Source: Chromera velia (Eukaryota). Taken from it: a stretch of DNA of 46,048 nucleotides. Where the stretch lies: assembly GCA_018398765.1 (NCBI GenBank), contig JAHBMJ010000475.1, forward strand, positions 1-46,048, in the 5' to 3' direction. The position numbers and the translations under genes were made by a program. This document shows positions 23,889 through 37,155 of the stretch, one piece after another. The notes beneath the pieces were generated by a model, which was given only the letters and a program-made list of their open reading frames with translations, was not told where the DNA came from and did no database searches. Every line of letters begins with the position of its first letter. The stretch's first letter is position 1.

Positions 23889-25064
23889 CTACTTTAAGAC
23901 AAAGAGAGGGTCTCCCAATAGATTTTCACTGATACGAGCGGATGCGAGAGGTTCCTCGATGATCAGCCCCTTCATGTGCAGGTCACAGAAGTCGATCAGA
24001 AAGCGGTCCTGGGCGATGTAGCCTAAGCGGGTGTTCAGCTCAAGCATCTTTGTGTGGTCCTTCAGGAGTGCCACTCTCACTTTGAGTTTGGGCAGCTCGG
24101 CGGAGTAGAAGGCATTGTCGTAGCGACTCACGCTGCTGATGTGCTTCACTTCCTTGTCGTGCAGGCTCTGCAGATGAGCAATTTGATCTGCCGAAGCCCT
24201 GTTGCGCCTCAACTTCAGGAGGTCCTCGTGGTGAGTGAACTTGTACTTCTCTAACACCTCCTCCACCTCTCCAAAAAACAAAAAACTGTCCTTCTGCTTG
24301 TGCAGGGGGTTCTTGTCGGCCTTGACCTCTTGGAGCTCTTTACACTCAGATGAAAGATGCCACTTCGTGTGAGAAAGGGGGCTAGAGGAGAAGTTGAGGT
24401 GTGCCTTCTCCTCTACAGGCACAAAAGGGCAGTTCGCTGCGTGGATGGTGTCCTGGAAGTCCAGGACCCGGGGGTGGTTGTTGTACTGAAGCTGTTCCAT
24501 GTTGAGCTTGGAAGAATATTTTTTCTTCAATTTGAGGTACTTCACCTGCTCGTCTAGATTCTTTAGCTTCGTGTTCTTGGCAGCAAACATACAGAGCCTA
24601 TGACACCTATCAGGTGGGCGGACAGGTTCAGGAGGAGCTTGTTGATCTCCTCCCCCAGCCTGGTTCCCAGGCGGCAGAGGGTCAACTCGTCCAGGGTTGA
24701 CTGCAGCTGCAGCTTTGGGCTTTTCCTGCTTGAAAAATGCACCAAGCCTCATCTGTGTCTTAAAATTTTATAGTGCAAGAAGGTGGCTCCCCTCATGAAT
24801 GTGTCCCTCAGCATCCCCCTTCTTGTTGGAGTGGTAGATCTCATACAGATTGTCAGCGCGCCTCAGCAGAAACTGCTTGTCACAAGGCTTGCAGCTTGCC
24901 TCCACGCGTTTCTGGCCCTTATACATAACGGTTTTGAAGGTGATCTTGTTCTTTGACAGAAGCTTTTGATCCTCTGCAGAAAGCTGAATCTGTGGGTCTG
25001 ACATGCCAGTTTTTGCCTTTTTCTCAGGAGGCTCTTCCCCGCCATTTCGAGAATCACCAGGCAT
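23889..25064 (-). pseudogene. Stop-interrupted transposase-like gene with an N-terminal Zn-finger-like motif and a PIP box
   Basis: ORFs 24768-25064 and 23889-24752 share a frame and are separated by one TAA plus 5 codons. CKPC...HxHxxxH is followed by QMRLGAFF. Intronless and set between AT-rich blocks. No DDE triad was recognised. Confidence 0.5.
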
Positions 25065-26379
25065 GTTTTCGAGTCAAAAAAAAACAACCACCTTAAAGGG
25101 ACTCTGTCAGACAATGCGCGAGACGGTTTGGGTGAGGCATGAACTACCAAAATCACCAGAAATTCTAATGCAGACTATATCAGACAAGGAAAGAATGGGC
25201 AGGACAGACCAGGACAGCAAAGCTCCTGCCAACCCTGCAAGCAAGTAGAGTATGACAGTGAAGAATAGCTGGGCGATGAGCATGAGTCCATTGAGTTGAT
25301 TGAAGTATCATATTCTTTCAGCGTGACTTGGAGACGGCAATTGGAGACGGCAGAGTTGACCGCTCAAAACGAACCCCGGTTTTGTTGGGAGGTCGGGCCG
25401 CCGCCATAAAAACCCTCGGGGTTGTTTGATTTAGGCCCGCGAGCTCTGGACGCCGCCGCCAAAAACAGTAGGGGTTCCAAATAGGATAAGGGGGGTGATT
25501 GTACATCAGTACGCGTGTGCATGATGCATGCAAGTTTTTTTTTTCTCCCCCCGCAAGTTTGTTCGCGTGCAAAGGCAAGTGTGAGACGTAAGTTTGCATG
25601 TGCGTCCGCCAGCGTCCGCGGAGGGCAGCTCTAGGCAGCTCAATCCAGTGAATTCAAATACCGCTGCCTCAGTAAACACCCAATAAGGCACTCTGATACC
25701 TGAGGGTGGGTGTGCTTCTGTAATTAAAAGTAACATTCTAAGGCAAATTTTAGTTATACTGATCATCACATTAAAGTTAATTTAAAAATAATTATTATAC
25801 ACACAGTAGTTATGTGCAAATAACCTGCCAGTGTCATACATAGTTCTGTTAGTAATGGTAAATTGCGCATAATTGCATAACTGTTAAGTGCTAAATTACG
25901 CAACTGTTAAGTGCTGTTTACATTTAAAAAGTTTAAAAAAATATATAGAAGCTATAGTTTAAAAGTTAAAAATAAATGAACAAAAAAAAAAGTTTTTGAT
26001 CACTTATTTTTCCTGGTGTTTTTCTTTTTTTTTTTTTCAGTTAACGCCTACAGTGTATATTGCTAAATAAGAACCATTATTAAAAATACTTCATGCATGC
26101 ATACATGACCACAAAATTTTTTAATAATTGTTCAATTATATTTGAAGCATTTTTTAAATATAATTTTTTGCGCATTGCTGCAAAAAAATGAATGTTTCAC
26201 CTTTATGGTAAGTTGATACCAATGTTTCGAAAAAATCAGTTTTTGCGTTTTTTGAAGCCTTTTCCGTTTTCGTTTTGACTGCTTATTCTATTGCTAGTTT
26301 CCCCGCACTTTCAGTGTAGTATCCTACCACGAAAGAGCAAACACACGACAATTACGCTGCAACACCCGCGTCCCCTCCT

Positions 26380-29300
26380 TTAAATGTCCCGTTGAGGGTC
26401 ACGCCACTTGAGCATCATCTCCAGGTAGTGTTCCTGCATGCAAGCAGGCAGGCAGGTAGACAGGCAGAGCGACAGGACAGCAAGATGGGTTGATTTGAGA
26501 TAGAGGGTGCGCAGGCAACTCTTATTTCCAAATCGTTGATGTGGGTTTGTTCGGTGAACCGCTGTGCCTCAGAATTATCGACGTGTGTTCATGAGAATTA
26601 AGAATCGGCACGTCAAAGAAGATGCTTTCTTCTCCGGATCCAGTCAACGGAATGAGAGACCGGGAGGGTCTGCCGATCTTCGACAGAAAAGGTGCGGAGA
26701 AGATACGAGAGCCCGAGAGACAACTAGGAAGATGTCAGTCAACCTGGCGGGTCGCAAACGCAATTCAGGATAGGAAAAATGGGAGCGAAGAAATAAGCGG
26801 GGACCAGGCCTCTACTTAGAGGTCTGTGCTCACCGACCCACCCCCCCCACCCACTCATCCACCAACCAACCGCGTCCTGTGACTTCATCTGGGACCGCGC
26901 CTCTTCAACGTCTTTGGCCACAATCACAGACCACTTCTTGAACACGGGGTCCTTCAAAACTCCCTGCATGCAGCATTCATTCCGTTAGTGCATGCACACA
27001 AATTGCATTTTTTCTTCCTCCCTGCGGAACCTACCGGAGCAGATTTTGGGTTTATGAACGGAGGGAGAAGCCAAGCAGAAAAAACAAGAACGCATCAAAA
27101 GAGCCCATAATATGTGTGACTTCAAGATTTTCGTTGTTTCCGTCAAGAGACGGACAAAAAAAAAAGAAACGCAATCGAGTAGCGTGGAATAGAGGCCAAA
27201 ACATGCCTGCAGGCTTCAGACTCAGTTGGTCACACACAGACGCAGAGACGCAGACGAGGGCAAAATACGTTTTTGCTTCCTGTCTTCTTGGGTTTCTCAG
27301 ATAAAAAGAGAGGAGGCAGGAGCATCACCGTCCAGAACAAATGAAGCACGTGCGCGGGAGAGAGAAAGAGAGAACCGAAAGAAAAAAAAAGGAGCAAGCG
27401 AGAAGGAAAGAAAGGGCAAAAAAATAGCTGAAGAAGAAGAAGAAGAAGAGGAAGAGGAAGAGGAAGAGGAAGAGAAAAAAAAAATCACTGACCCTCCAGA
27501 CAAGGTGACAGTTTCTGCTCTCTTCTCTCTCCTCATCGCTCTGCAGACACATCACGAGCAAGCAGACAAGAAGCAGCAAAAAAAAGAAAAATAGAAGTCC
27601 CATGATCACGTAAAATCAAAAGGACGACTTGGAAATCGGACAAAAAAAAAGTGTTGCGTCAACACAATTTGTTCAAGTGTGCTGAGCGACATGTAAGAGG
27701 AAGGGAGGAAGAAAGTTAATACCAAACCTGCCAGCACTGTTTCATTTCTTTATCTTTGTAGATATAAACTCTTCTGCTTCCCTTCTTTCTTACCTCGATT
27801 CCTTTGTTTGCACAGCGAGGCCCCCTCCACAAAAAAAAAAACCATCAATCATGCCCCCTCCCACCTCCCTCCCTCCCTCCGACCTCATCTGCATCGTCTT
27901 CCCTCGCTCTTGCGGCCTCGACCTCCTCGCCCCAGTTGATGCGCCTCATCATCAACTTCGAGTACCGCGTCACCGCGCGGGTTCCCCCCTCCACCACCAC
28001 CAGGTGGAACGGAAGCTGGGCACAGACCTGGGGACACACACACACGCACACACACACACAGAGAGAGAGAGAGGGAGAGAGAGGGAGAGACAGAGAGAGA
28101 AAGAAGCACAGAGAGGCAGGCAAACAGATGTGCAGCACTATGCGTTTTTTCTTTCAGATAGACGGACTGTTCTTTTTCTCTTCCTTTTCCTTCACAATTC
28201 TTAATCAAATAGACAGACAGGGAGGCAGGCACCATTGATTGATCGTGTCATCGTTTCACTGCATGCCCGGAGTTTCCAGATCATTTCGTTAAAATTGATG
28301 AACCGAACGTAAAGAGAAAGAAGAGAACGCGAACCGACTACACAAGCGGGAGGAAAAACAGAAACCTGACAGCAGAAGGCACACCACCACGCGACTTATG
28401 GGACGAAAGATGAGGGTGGGTGCAAGCCCAAGGGAGGAAGGCAGAGGACCAGACAGTCCAGAGGGCCCAAAGAGACGTGCACAATGAAGCAAACTCTTCT
28501 TTCTGCATGCATGCCTTTTCAGGTCACTCACCTGCAGGCGCTGTCTGTCCTCTTCAGACGGGGCACAAAGGATGCATGCAGAAAGAAGTCAGGGAGCCTT
28601 GGTAGCTTCTTTTCTCATTCAAAAAGCACGAATGCCGACGGAATCATCATCAGTCGACTCACCAGCGCCGCGCCTTTCAGGTGATACTGCTGCGCGTTCA
28701 TGTCCACCTTGAAGAGGTGCCGCTTGTTTGCCAGGTACTTCACAGCCCACACGCAGACCTCATGTTGAAGATCCGTGCCAGCCTGTTAGACAGACAGACA
28801 GGCAGGCACACATAGAGGCGCACAATCAAAACGCGTACTTCCTTCCCTTCTTCCTGAGAAACCACGGGCAGTCAGACATTCGGGAGAGAAAGCAGAAGAG
28901 CTAAAATCAACGAACTTAAAAACAAATGACTTCCGAAAGAAAGCAGGACAGACACCGTACTCACTGGGATGATTGAAAGGATGACACAGACAGTCAGGAG
29001 GAGTGACGGCATCGAAAAGAAGAGTTTCCCTTCAGTGCCGGATAGAGGGGTGCGAACTTGCACGCAAGACCACGACGCAAGAGGAGAGGAATCGAATGAA
29101 ATGGCATCGATGAGACGGACCTTCCACTTTGCCTCCTTCTTCTCCTTCTTCGCTTCAGGGTCGAGACGGCGTGCCTGCAGAGAAAGACAGTGTTGGAGAT
29201 GTGAGAGAGTGGGCGAAGGCGATAGATATGGCAGATACCGGAGTGGGGCAATGATACACAGAGGGCGCGGCAAAGCAACAATGTGGCCAAAGGGCTCCAA

Positions 29301-29690
29301 AGAGCTAAAGAAGAAGAAAGACGCAGACTGACCTCGTTTGCATCCTCATGCCTCTTCAGTCTCTCTGCCATCTGTTGCCGTGCGACTCTTTCGGCCTTCG
29401 AGGGTTCCTGCAGATAGATATGCAGAGACAGACAGAGACAGAGACACACACGGAAGGCAAGCAGGTAAAGGAACGGGACACAGATCGTCGCGATAGAGTC
29501 AGCGGAAAGGGACGAAACGAATGAAGAGAAGACCGAAGGCAAGAGCATCTGAAGAAAAGAAAGGGGGGTTCTCTACTCAACACCCAACAGCGAAAGAACG
29601 CCTCATTCATTCAAAGAAAAGGAAACAAGAAAGACGAAGGACCCAGGGACACACAGACAGTCAACATGTCTGTCTGTCTCTCCCTTTCTG

Positions 29691-29746
<56 letters not shown>

Positions 29747-31788
29747 CGTGTGTGTGTGTGTGTGTGTGCGTGTGTGCGTGTGTGTGTGTGTGTGTGTCGA
29801 CTGACCGCCACTGATTCGTTTTTGAGGACCCTCATGAGGTTCGACAGCTTCACCTTCGGGGGGGGCGGAGGGAGTTGGCCTGAGGGACGATCGGCAAAAG
29901 AAAATAAGGGGGCATGGAGCCTTCACACGTTCCTTACTCACAGACGAATGGTGAGGGAAGCGTCAGTACAGCCTATGAGATGTCTTGAAAAGCAAAACTG
30001 AGCAAAATACCTCCCATCCATGAAGAAAGAGCACACATCTCGCGTTCTCTCCCAGAGAAGAATGTACACGGGCATAATGCCCTAAAGCACGAGGGGTAAA
30101 ACCCAGGAAGAAAGGAAAGATGAAACCTGGCGAACGAAGAAGAAAGACACAGGCGAATGAATGAGAGAAAAACCAAAGCGGCTCTCTTTTCGTTTGGAAT
30201 TGATGAATTTGATTTTGTTCTCTCGGAACAGTAACCCACCAAGTCTGATTTTGTTCTGCTTTTCCTTCTCCTTCTCCTGTCGTTTCCTGCGCCTGAGTTT
30301 TTTCTTCTCACGAAGCGTCAAGTACATCGACACTACCGCTGGAGCTCCGGCTTCAGCTGGGGGCTGCATGAGAGGAAGAAAGCAAAGAAGGGCCAGGAAG
30401 GAAGACAAAAGGCACGCAAAAAGAAGAACAGCTTTCATGAGAAAAGCATACAAAGATGACTCCGGCAAAAGACAGGCCTGGATCAACTTCCTGCTTCAGA
30501 AAGCTTCTGAATCACGGCGTGAATGAGAATGGAAACGGATGTCCTTAGAGAGAAAAGAAAAGACGCGCGCTGTCCCTGTCATGGTGTTCAATGAACAAAA
30601 TGGAAGAGCATACGTGGCCCTGACACGAGGACAGAGAAGATGAACACATAGCTGAGAAATGAAAGCATTTGGATGCAGTGAGATGATCGCTCTTCACCAC
30701 ATCTATTCAGGCAAAATTGCCCCGATCGAGACGATACAAGAGAAAAACAAAATCGTATGACATGAGGGGAGATGCAGAAGAAGACAGGCGGCACCTCAGT
30801 CAACTGAGTGCGCGGTTTCTCTCTCTCTTTTCCGGCCTTGCTTGCATCTTCCGGCCTGCCTACTTAGCTGTCTCTGTGTTCACCTCTCTTCTGACCTGAA
30901 TGGGCACTGGGTGTTCGACGAGATGCGTAATTCTGAAGGGGTTGATCGTGTAGCTCTGCCCAGTCGTCACGCCTGTCAGTGATATGCCCTGAAGGATCGC
31001 GGGCAGAGACGAAAAGGAAGAGGTCGGAGGAGGGGGAGACGCCCCGTCACCAGCAGGGGGGGAGGAGGAGGCAGTCCCCGGACCGTCGGCACTCGCTTCC
31101 TTCTCCTTCTCCTTCTCTGCAGCCTCCCCTCCCTCCTCCTCCTTGGCCTTCGGCTCTTTGGTGGAGGGAAGATCGGTCGAGGCCGCGGCGGCAGAGGAAG
31201 AAGAAGAAGAAGCACCGGCGGCAGCTTCTGTTTCTTCTCCTGCTCCAGCTGCGGGTGTCTGCTGCGTTTGTTGGCCTTCGCCCTTCAGGATTTTCATCTC
31301 TTCTCCCTCTGCACCTGCCTGTCTGGTGTCTTTCTCGCCCTCCTTCGTCAAGATGAAAAGGTCCCACCTGAATTAATTAGTGCATGCATCGATCGATCGA
31401 AGAAACCAGACAGACAGACAGACAGACAGGCGATCAGATCAAAAGGGGACGAAGAGACTGACTACACAGGGGAGACAAGACAAAACAGAGAGGGGGAACA
31501 ACACACTGCCTACAACAATAGGGATGATTGCAGAGAAGGAAAAAAAGCCTACACTTCAGTATCAGGGAGGGAGGGACGAGAGGCGTCCATGCATTGTTGC
31601 TAGTCGGGAATGAAGACGAAAAGGCCATTGGGGAAGCATTCGAATAGACAGACAGACAGAGGCGGGTGGAGGAAGAACGATGCAGATAGATAGATGACAA
31701 GGGAAGGAGATCACACCGACAGGAAAGCGAAAGCAAGAGGAGCTAGCGAACAAGCAAACACAGATCACACAGAACGGAGTAAGACCCA

Positions 31789-31848
<60 letters not shown>

Positions 31849-32040
31849 AGGCAAACGAACGGACCACTCGACATCAGGGACTGCCTCGATGGCTTCTCTC
31901 CTTTCCTCCTCCCTCCTTGCCTCCTGTGCTCCTTCGTCTTCCTTCACTGGGGGTTCCCACTTCACTTCAATCTTGTTAGGGTCGTCCTCCTCTTCTTTCA
32001 GGTACTGCACACAACGCAGGAAGGAAAACACAACACTCAT

Positions 32041-32081
<41 letters not shown>

Positions 32082-32706
32082 GACACACACACGCACATAC
32101 AGACAGAAGAGAGAGAGGAAGGAAAGCGGCCCAGGGAAGCAAAAGCTGCACCGAGAGCAAAGGAAAAAATGCACTCCAGTCATCTACGACAGCCGATTGG
32201 AAGAGAATCGTCTGGAAGGATGAGCAGCTGCATGGTGGGCGGGGACAAAGAGAAACACCCGGACAGGTCAATAGGAAGGCAAAAGGATGGGATCTGTGGT
32301 CTCTTTCACTGTAGCCTTTTCTCTCACACACATGTCTGCACCCGAAAAGATAGGTAGAAAGGAGTGAGACAGAGGGAGGGATGAAAAAGGCAAACAAAAA
32401 AACAGACACACGGACCTTCTTCATGATTCCTGCCTTTTTGAACTCCAGACCGAGAGCCTTGGCAGCAGCCTTCCTTTGCATCGAGACTTCCTGTCGCACG
32501 TACTTCCCTGCAGGCAGGTTTGTTTGTTTGTTCATACACAGCGGCATTACAACACAACAGATGCCGTGCACTCCATAATCACGCCGCGTTTCTTCTTCAC
32601 TCGGAGTCCCTTCTGGTTTCCTTCCCACACTTCCACATCGCTCCAGGTAATGTCTCTATTCCTCAATCTACCTACCTACCTATCTATTTATGGATCTATC
32701 GATCAG

Positions 32707-32745
<39 letters not shown>

Positions 32746-33052
32746 ATGAATCAAACAATCCACTGTCTATCCCAGCATGCAGCCCTTCAAAAGGACCAAA
32801 AGGGACCAGCAGAGAGAATCTCTCCAACGTCTCGGTTTCCTTGTCGTCTTTCTCTTTGGGATCACACGAAGCCTTCGGACGGCAAGATGAACGAATACAT
32901 AGAAAGACAGACAGGCAGACAAATCGATTAACCTCGTGGCTTTCTTTTCTTTACCAAATTGATCCCTTCTCATTGACCGACAGTCAAGTGAGAGGCCAAT
33001 ATGCACACTCCAGGACTTGGAGAGATACCGCATGCACTCACCGACATACACG

Positions 33053-33087
<35 letters not shown>

Positions 33088-34329
33088 CTACCTTGATCAA
33101 CGAAACTGAGCCCTTTCTTCTGGGTCCTCCCCATGGCTGCAGCTGTTGGTTTGGGTGCCGCCAGGCTGTCATCAAACCACTTGCTCTTTGTGATCTTCGA
33201 CGTATCCTGCGCCTGTCTGGCTGCCTGGATCATCACCTGAAAGAAACAGGCCAGAAGGAAGAAGGGGGGAGATTCACATGCTTTTGGACAAGGTGGAGGT
33301 AAGGGCAAAGAAAGTGAATCGAGCTGAGAAGATTGACGTGCTCCTTTTTCTTCCTTGTCTTGCATACCTTTCCTTCCTTTTTCGGGTGCTCCTCACACAC
33401 TGTGCGACAGCTTTTAACTTCCATGCCGTTTTCCCCCGCCCTGACAAATCAGCTGCGTCATCTACTCGCGGCATCCACTACAAGTGGGAGGCAGACAGAC
33501 AGACAGAGACTGAGAGACAGAGAGAGACAGACAGACAGACAGACCAACCTGTTGTGTGCGCTGCGTTCGCTCCTTGTTGATGTTCACCTGCAAGGAGAGA
33601 GGGGGGAAAAGGAAGCAAGCCATTAAAAATACCGGTCGCATTGTTCAAGCCTTTATGTCCAATTGAAATTCGGTGGAAGGGATGAGTCTTTGAAACAAAA
33701 CGAAAGAAAGAATCAATCAAGACAGAAGTGTATCAGTAACCATACGATGGCAGCATTCATGCTGACAGTCGCACACAATCTTGTCCCTTTTTCTCTTAGT
33801 TCCTCCTCCAGTCTTCTTTGTTCTCTTTCCTGTTTCTATCTGGCATCAATTTTTTCATTGTTTTCCCATTGGACTTTTTCGTTTGCCTCCTTTGACGCGA
33901 TGTCACAAAAGGCCTGGTTTGAACTCTCTTTCCCTCTCCCTCGAACACACACAGTGGATACACACATGTACATACATTTGGAGCTGTCTGCCCACCTTCA
34001 AAGTGGAGGTCACTTGCGGCTTCATCTCCACAACATTTCCGAATTCATCCACTGTGCGTCCTTGTTGATCGAGTCGGAGCTTTCCTGCAATCCTCCCTCA
34101 ACACGAGAGAGAGAGAGAGAGACAAAAAGAGAGAAAGAAGAATACAGCAAACACAAGAGAGCACAACAGTTGGAGCTCAGAGAACTTACAACTGAGAGAG
34201 ACATCAATCAGGAACATCTCAGAGACTGAAGCAGAGAAAAAGAGAGAAACAGCGACGATGCAAAAGAGGAGAGAAAGGGAAAGTTAAAGAATGAATAAAT
34301 GAATGAATGAATGACTGACTGACAGAATG

Positions 34330-34364
<35 letters not shown>

Positions 34365-36312
34365 AGAAAGAAAGAAAAGAAAAAAAGAAAGCAAGAAAGA
34401 AAGAAAGAAAAGAAAGAAAGAAAGAAAGCAAGAAAGCAAGAAAGCAAGAAAGCAAGAAAGAAAGAAAGCAAGAAAGAAAGAAAGAAAGAAAGGAAGGAAG
34501 CAAAGAATAGAAGAAGGAGGGAGAGAGAGAGAGAGAGAGAAGAGCATTGCTTTGCATCTATCCCCCCTCATTCGCTTCCACGAGAAGGACTCTCTCGATT
34601 GGGAGGGAGGGAGGGAGGGAGGGAGGGAAGGAGAGCGCTACAGACGCACGCGCAGAGACACACAGAGAGAGAACAGAGCCAGACAGACAGACAGACCTGG
34701 AGCTTTCGGTCCCGTACCCCCAAGTCCCCCCCCAACAACTCCCGTTGCACCCCCACCTCCCATTCCCATTCCCATTCCAGGAGGGGGAGCTGGAACAGAT
34801 CCCCCCAACGACGACAACGCACCCACACCCGCAGCACCTCCCCCCAGTGCCCCCAGTGTCCCCAACCCCCCAACTGCACCCATTCCTGCCCCTGCGGCTG
34901 CTGCTGCCGCTGCTGGAGGTGGCGGTGCCCCTCCTCCTCCTCCTGCCTTGAGTCTGACAAGGTGTTCCTGCACTTTTTTCTGGTACTCCATTTGTCTCTT
35001 GGCAGCTTCTAGTGCTTCCCTGGCCTTGATGACGGCGGTGAGGTCAACGGAGACCCCGGGATTCTGCTGGATCTGCTGGGCCATCAGGGCCGCTGCAGAG
35101 GGGGCAGCGGAACCTGCAAGCAAGAGGAAGCGGGAAGAGGGGGGGATGACACCAACAATACGGACTTGTTCGAAAGAGGACGTGGAAAAGGCAGATATAT
35201 GGTCGAATAGATGGACACCAAGACATACAGACAGGTGTATAGGTAGTAAGATGAGCATGGAAACAACTGCGGATATTCATTTAGCAAAGAGAGGGCTGAT
35301 TGTGAAGCGCAACTGAAAACGAAAAACAGAAGACCAAAAGAAGAAAACCGGCAACACCAAACTTGGTCGAAGAAGCAAAACACAAACCATTAGCGGCAGG
35401 AGCTGCAGCCGCAGCAGCTGACGATGACGAGGCAGTCCCTGCACAAACAAAAAGGCGAAGAGCAGGGGAGGGAATTAAAACAAAAATGAGCTTTACAGTC
35501 ATTTTCAGATTGCAAACAAGAAAGAAAAGCATAAGACAGAACGAGAGTACAAGAATCTGACGCATCTGCGTCCTCCAAAGGAAATGCACATCCGATCCAA
35601 TGACCCTGCAATGAGATGGCAAGAGCGTTCAAGGCTTCAGACTCTCGTACTTCCACAAGGACGGGCGAATGCGACCAGACAGGCGTTCGGCCGCTATTTC
35701 ACGTTTGGTAGCATGAAGGCAGAAGACCGAAACATTAGCCGTTCAGCTCACACTCCCAGCACGACATGCCGATTCACGTGTCCATCTAACCTTCTCCCTC
35801 TCTACCTGTCCGTGTGGCCGTGGCATGCCTAGCGTACCCCGAATCACACGGCTGCCATGAGAAGAACACTGATTGATGATTCATATAACTCCACTCGATG
35901 CACACCCACTCACCATTCGTTTGTGCGCTCTCCGACGGGGCCTGCAGGCAGCAGAAGAAGGGCAAGCAGGCAAACGCTCGTGCACTTCGAGGGGAGGGGA
36001 AAGAGACAAGCGTTCAGAATCAGCAAGGTACTGGCCGTAGCGTTGTTCAACCGGTCAGCCTGAAACTCATCTCGCATTCTCTCTCGCTTGCCCTCCGAGT
36101 TTGCACAGACAGAGACTTGCACAACAGATAAAGATCGGAATTCATATATCACCCGAACGAAGGCAGCAGAAAGGAAGGAGATGCCTGCCTGCCTGCCTGC
36201 TCACCTGTCCCCATCTCGTCTTGCGAGTCCGGGGTTGCCCTTCCGTCCCTCCGGCTCCCCCCAGGGCTTCCGCGAAAGTCCTTTTGTTCTTGGCATCAAC
36301 TTCCTCCGCCAT
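26380..36312 (-). CDS. PRP3: U4/U6 snRNP protein Prp3, about 19 exons (first exon 36205-36312, last exon 26380-26433)
   Basis: Colinear Prp3 motifs across exons: LRLDQQGRTVDEFG..STLKVNI, VPDVEWWD, ITHLVEHPVPI, MYLTLREKKKLRRRKRQE..KIRLG, PPPPKVKLSNLMRVL, HLFKVDMNAQQYHLKG, LVVVEGG..YSKLMMRRINW, CHLVW, EHYLEMM..DI*. Confidence 0.95.
34290..34542. repeat. Compound (GAAT)/(GAAA)/(GCAA)/(GA) microsatellite in a PRP3 intron
   Basis: Directly visible. Confidence 0.9.
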
Positions 36313-37155
36313 CTTTATCACACACTGTCCGTCCACGCACTCACGAACTGTTTCTTCCCTCAGCTGAAAGAAAGATCAGGGGCCCTTCCTGTCTCCTAGC
36401 TCGTCTCTTGTCAGAGTGACGGACGGAAATGAATTATTTCTCCCCCTGTGACTCTTCGCTTCTTCGTTTCGGGAAAATAATTGACTGCAGGTAGAGGGGG
36501 TTATTGAATGACTCCCTCACATCAACCGCTCAGGCAAGTCCTTAGGGTGCGGTCAGACTACGGGACAGACGGTCTCACCACAGCCAGCCAGTCTGATGCT
36601 GAAAATCAGAAAAACCTGCGGCTCACCAGGCACAATGCATCATTACTGGTGGAATGTTCTGGGACGATGTGAACGCTGAGTCACTCTGCCATGGCGAAGC
36701 TGGTATGGTCCGCTCATTTTCTTGACGCTGTCAGTACTCTTTGATCGACTGATTTTTGTGATCAAAAAGATGCTTGCATGGAGAGACGTAAAAGAGATCG
36801 GCAAAGCAATGATCCCCGCGGGCGGCGCGCCCATGCAAGCTTCAATGCATGCGCGCGCGCCGCCGCTCATGCACGTGAACGAATCGATCGATTGATCACG
36901 GACGTCTCCATGCCTGTCTCCGACAGAGCAGCTAGAGTCAGGGCTGAACCATCCCTTCTCTGAGACGATCGGTGATGTCTGTGATCCTTGGGGTTCGCTG
37001 GCTCACAATTCGACGTTTAATTTTTGCAGCTGGTGATTTTGAGGCTGAAGTGTTCATGGCGACACGCAGTTGGGAGGTCGACATCTAGAATCGGCACACA
37101 AATTGCGGTGTGGTGAGAGCGTGTGCATGCCTATGCAAACGGCGCTGTCGAAGAA

